Shown piece after piece: positions 61,201 through 64,000 of a stretch of DNA of 64,000 nucleotides (positions are counted from its first letter, which is position 1; each line of letters starts with the position of its first letter). Below the pieces are notes generated by a model. That model ran no database searches, was not told where the DNA came from, and saw nothing but the letters and a program-made list of their open reading frames with translations. The translations under genes were made by a program, and so were the position numbers. Source of the DNA: Candidatus Krumholzibacteriia bacterium (GTDB lineage Bacteria > Krumholzibacteriota > Krumholzibacteriia > Krumholzibacteriales > Krumholzibacteriaceae); the NCBI GenBank assembly GCA_963836185.1, contig CAWIIQ010000001.1, positions 1,120,001 through 1,184,000 of the forward strand, in the 5' to 3' direction.

Positions 61201-61665
61201 GAAGCTTATAATGACGGGATATATGAGGTAGGCGATCCCGGCGAATGTCGTATCGGCAAAGAATACGTTGAATACGAAGCCGATGAGCAGGATCACGACA
61301 TTGAGAAGAAGGAACATCGCCAAGATCCCGACCGTCTTGCCGATGACGTAATCTGTGTTCGTCATCGAGCGCATGTAGACGACCTCGGTCGTGTCGAGCT
61401 TCTTGTCACGCTTGAGGAAGTCGGAGGCGAGGAAGACCGCGATGATCGCCTGCGCCATGTTGAGCACCAGGATGTTCATGTAGGGTATCGTCGTCGGTAA
61501 CCCCTGGAAGCCCCAGGGAGCGTGGGTGACGTTTGAGAGGGTACCGAAGTCGTAGAAACCTATGCCCGCAACGGAGAGGATCGAAAAGATCCGAAAGAAC
61601 CAGCTCCTCCACAGTGTCTTCGCCTCGAATTTCGCCACTGTGAGGATGTTGTAGACAGATATCAT
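58285..61665 (-). CDS. ABC-2-type permease fused to a large ectodomain (M1-aminopeptidase-like without HEXXH) and a C-terminal golvesin-like domain
   Basis: AKFE.K.LWR start, RDKKLDT.EV...R.MTN..YV.GK..G and about 7 TM helices; LNPGL.V, PE..WYP and YPF.R.SLVEVP motifs; VDN.D.GF...GHYDIY...WNYLG.Y...VIADAVKW. Confidence 0.8.
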   Translation of the reverse strand: MISVYNILTVAKFEAKTLWRSWFFRIFSILSVAGIGFYDFGTLSNVTHAPWGFQGLPTTIPYMNILVLNMAQAIIAVFLASDFLKRDKKLDTTEVVYMRSMTNTDYVIGKTVGILAMFLLLNVVILLIGFVFNVFFADTTFAGIAYLIYPVIISFPTLIFILGFAFLLMVTIRNQAVTFIVLLGYIGMTLFYLGPKIHNVYDYIGFNVPMTYSQFTGFADITHMLVQRSIYLLFGLSFIALTIVMIRRLPQSRVMTGFARIFGLACAALAIVLIVVYTGKDGTAEHQRERVLAAAETAAERPVATPLSCAIDLMHEGGLIDAAAKITVRNDTEAPLSAYIFSLNPGLAVTELTGSSGALKYERDEQVLTVLPQAPLAPGAEDSFEIRWRGVINEDALYTDIDIETLNSPNWTLLFNLGRRFSYIHPSCVLLTPETIWYPAAGPGFVASRPLDRRHDFIDFSLDVTTSSQLTAVSQGASTSGSPGNFSFRPEFPLPAISLVIADFERQTTVVDSTEYNIYCRRGNDYWSESFTEVGDTLESMIRDLRQTYENNLNLEYPFPRFSLVEVPVHFFIFHHAWSVSQENVQPEMVFIQERGITGRTTDFRRMKRRTERMNDRSNEDVSEVETQAGWLAAFVNGTLTGSFGQMDWGSDDPFGRTPSFNVFPNMLTFRNGIDSKEMPWLGMALESWYASRLEDNTSTWTRMRYGMTIEERVNDKLSKMSLRDIVLDPEYRKMSHYALKSKGSFLFRMMESAADREDIDALLAELFDKHKHGNVPGDELVSALSERLGIDLPSIAAGWYDDIAIPGFLMSSVEIYSFLDGEREKFQVRFSVTNSEDTDGLIQFTFQQMDLNVREGRGGRMRRMMTANMTMGEDYSKYVPIKAGETKELGFVLTFQPSKLSINTLVSRNLPVLLDIDLPKKLDEKKKAVPFDGERISDRPVSLVEQGETVVDNEDPGFTFSSGTSRSLLKRLIPRGEREEDVKYVGMRFWGGETNKWQPTIDSKFYGNQIRSAHFISAGKGDLKAAFTTDMKKSGHYDIYYHAAKITAPWRRHRGGDHEENYGKLHFLIYHDDGIEETELDLNGADDGWNYLGSYYISQGEAKIELTNESDAEKVIADAVKWVLR

Positions 61666-61717
61666 CTCGTCAGCCTTTCATCGGCGGGTGGGGTTAGACG
61701 GCCCGGCCGCTTGTATC

Positions 61718-62599
61718 TCAGTTTTCCGACTGGTTCTCCATGAAATATACGTAGGCATGCTCAAGGTTCGGCTCGACCTCTTCGCCCGGCCACCTGCCCG
61801 TGTTGTCGGCTACGACATGGACCTCCCAGCCGTCGTCGGCAGGAACAGTCGATATCACGGGGAATGTAGTCTTGATCTCTTCGAGTTCGGTGTCGAGCGC
61901 GCGGATCTTCCATGCCTTGCCGCGGGCCATGTCGACCAGCCCGTCCGGCGAGCCGCGGAAGACGACGCTGCCCCGGTCGAGCAGGGCCATGTTGTGGCAT
62001 GAGCTCGATATGTCGCCCACTATATGTGTAGAGAGGATTATCGCGATGTCCTTCTGGCCCATGTCGGCCAGCAGGTTCCTGAACCTGATACGCTCCTCGG
62101 GATCGAGGCCGGTTGTCGGCTCGTCGACGACTATGATCTTCGGATCGCCGATAAGCGCCTGGGCGATCCCTAGCCTGCGCTTCATCCCGCCGGAGAGCTT
62201 GTTGGCCAGCCTGTCACGCACGTCGTAGAGGCCGACCTGCTCGAGCATCTCGCCTACTTCCTTCGTCCTTTTCTTTTTGTCCTTGAGACCGGCAAGGCGC
62301 GCAACGTAGTCGAGGAACTCCCACGTCGTGAGCTTTGAGAAGAACCTGAATTCCTGGGGGAGGTATCCGAGCATCGATCTTATCTCGCGCCGGTTCCTCT
62401 GCAGGTCGAAATCGTTTACTCTTACGGTGCCGCCTGTCGGCTTCATCAGTGTGACCAGGATACGCATCAGGGTCGTCTTGCCCGCGCCATTCGGCCCGAG
62501 CAGGCCGAACATCCCGCTCCCTATATCGAGGTCCACACCAGACAGGGCAGTCGTACCGCCCTTGTAGGTCTTGCTCAGTCCTTCGACCGATATTTTCAT
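61718..62599 (-). CDS. ABC transporter ATP-binding protein
   Basis: GPNGAGKT, GYLPQ, LSGGMKRR, IIVVDEPT.GLDP and STH motifs. Confidence 0.95.
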   Translation of the reverse strand: MKISVEGLSKTYKGGTTALSGVDLDIGSGMFGLLGPNGAGKTTLMRILVTLMKPTGGTVRVNDFDLQRNRREIRSMLGYLPQEFRFFSKLTTWEFLDYVARLAGLKDKKKRTKEVGEMLEQVGLYDVRDRLANKLSGGMKRRLGIAQALIGDPKIIVVDEPTTGLDPEERIRFRNLLADMGQKDIAIILSTHIVGDISSSCHNMALLDRGSVVFRGSPDGLVDMARGKAWKIRALDTELEEIKTTFPVISTVPADDGWEVHVVADNTGRWPGEEVEPNLEHAYVYFMENQSEN

Positions 62600-62631
62600 G
62601 CTCGCCCTCCCGGCATACTGGATATATCTCG

Positions 62632-62658
62632 TACGCCTATGGCCCGTATATAGTTTCA
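62632..62658 (-). promoter_or_regulatory. Candidate ECF promoter TGAAAC-N17-CGTA heading the RND/ABC operon
   Basis: Minus strand TGAAAC TATATACGGGCCATAGG CGTA ends 32 nt before the ATG. Confidence 0.45.
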
Positions 62659-62788
62659 GTCAATCATAAATATGAAACGGTTACAGGAATAATGCGCAAA
62701 GTGCTAAAAAATCGGCAAAATCTGCCGGATGTGCAGTTTAATGCATCGGTGCTGTGGCCTCAACATAAAAGGGGGCTTCAGGGGACCT

Positions 62789-64000
62789 TTATGAGTCGTT
62801 CGACGCTTTTATTCTGAGGAACAGGTCCATCGCGCGTGTCGCCCGGTCTATCTTCCTGAAGACGGGCACCCCTGCTCGTTCCATCATCTCCGCCGCCGGA
62901 TCGTAGATAGGGCCCTCGTTGAGGCAGACGACCATCGGCTTTCCCGTCGCCCTGAAGATCCGGATAATCGTGTTCGGGTGGGACGTCTCACGGTTTATGT
63001 CCTCCCTGTGCCCCGGGCCGGGAGGGAGGTTCTCCTGGAAGGGGGTAGAGGCGACGTTCGAGGCGATAAGGCAGTCGACTCCATCATCGGCGAGGACCGC
63101 TTCGAGGCACTGGCCGTACTTCTCCGTCGTGATCGCCGGGGTGGCGTCGATCGGGTTGTGGACATCGATGAACCCGGTGGGGAGGAGCTCGCCGAGCCGC
63201 TCGACAGTCTTATCGGAGAATCGCGCCAGTTCCATCGAGCTGAGCCTGTCGGCCGCCACTGAGCACTCGTACCCTGCATCGCTCGCTATCGCGACCCTGT
63301 GGCCCGGAGCTGCACGTCCTTCGAGGAGGGTGAGGACCTTCATCGCGTCCTCCATCTCCTCGAGCGAGTCGGCCACATGGACCCCGGCGTCGCGTATCAG
63401 CCTCTCGAGAACATCGTAGTCGCCCGCCATCGCTGCGGTGTGTGAGGCGACCGCTGCAGCACCCTCCGCCGTGCGCCCGGCCTTGTAGAGGATGATGCTC
63501 CTGCCGGAGGCTGTGATACTGGAAGCGAGCTCGAGGAAGCGTTCACCCTCCCATGCGCGAAAACCCTCTATGTATATACAGAACAACTTGATATCGGGGT
63601 CATTTGATACGTTTTCGAGGTGGTCCGTGATCGTCAGGTCTATCTGGTTGCCTACTGTGATCATGTAACGGGGAAGCAGGAATACGCTCTGCGTGTTGAG
63701 CAGGGTGACGAGCCAGGCGCCGCTCTGGCTGATGACCGCGCCGTTGCCGCCGAACTCTCCCGTAAGGGGGAACTTGTATTCGGGGAGGAAGAATGTGTTG
63801 TATCCGCCGGGGCCCGAGATGATCCCCATGCAGTTCGGGCCGTTGACTATCGTCCCACCGCCGGGAAGGTCGCGCCCGCAGAGAATCGCCTTCTTCAATT
63901 TCACCGAGAGTCCGCGGCCACCCTCGGTCTCGCCGAAGCCGCCCGAGATGAGGATCACCGACTCAGTCATCTCGCTGAAGATCAGGTCCTCGAGGAGCGC
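62789..64000 (-). CDS. Acetate/acyl-CoA ligase (ADP-forming) alpha-type domain protein, 5' part outside the window
   Basis: ISGGFGE, GPNCMG, SQSGA, VGNQIDL, KAGRT..G..A.ASHTAA (phospho-His) and NPID motifs. Confidence 0.88.
   Translation of the reverse strand, partial: ALLEDLIFSEMTESVILISGGFGETEGGRGLSVKLKKAILCGRDLPGGGTIVNGPNCMGIISGPGGYNTFFLPEYKFPLTGEFGGNGAVISQSGAWLVTLLNTQSVFLLPRYMITVGNQIDLTITDHLENVSNDPDIKLFCIYIEGFRAWEGERFLELASSITASGRSIILYKAGRTAEGAAAVASHTAAMAGDYDVLERLIRDAGVHVADSLEEMEDAMKVLTLLEGRAAPGHRVAIASDAGYECSVAADRLSSMELARFSDKTVERLGELLPTGFIDVHNPIDATPAITTEKYGQCLEAVLADDGVDCLIASNVASTPFQENLPPGPGHREDINRETSHPNTIIRIFRATGKPMVVCLNEGPIYDPAAEMMERAGVPVFRKIDRATRAMDLFLRIKASNDS

Overview
This is a GC-rich (about 60%) bacterial chromosomal segment with about 58 protein-coding loci. 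I found no tRNA, rRNA, CRISPR array or mobile element. The gene content includes a gingipain-like C25 protease with a FlgD/T9SS-type tail, a GH99 lipoprotein, a DUF3078 barrel and a patatin-Omp85 protein. This suggests an uncultured diderm of the FCB group, e.g. Krumholzibacteriota/Latescibacterota (inference). About 13 genes in the first 36.3 kb are broken by small indels that look like long-read consensus errors; the last 27 kb is intact. The standout is a 15.4-kb, 7-gene minus-strand operon (47197-62599) that merges an ABC transporter with an RND tripartite pump. In order, it encodes a free ABC ATPase, an ABC-2 permease carrying a pseudo-M1-peptidase plus golvesin-like ectodomain, TolC, an MFP, an RND, an RND fused to a complete ABC ATPase, and a second small ABC-2 permease. 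The fused ATPase has a 170-aa membrane-helix insertion at the A-loop. Other signals visible in the sequence: a shared ECF-type promoter motif before three envelope loci, a full sigma54/IHF/UAS promoter before an unknown lipoprotein, twin YtrA operators, an ino1-LysR-suhB inositol module, an APC-EIIA transporter coupled to carbonic anhydrase, and a PadR-HAAS-ExbB-like module.
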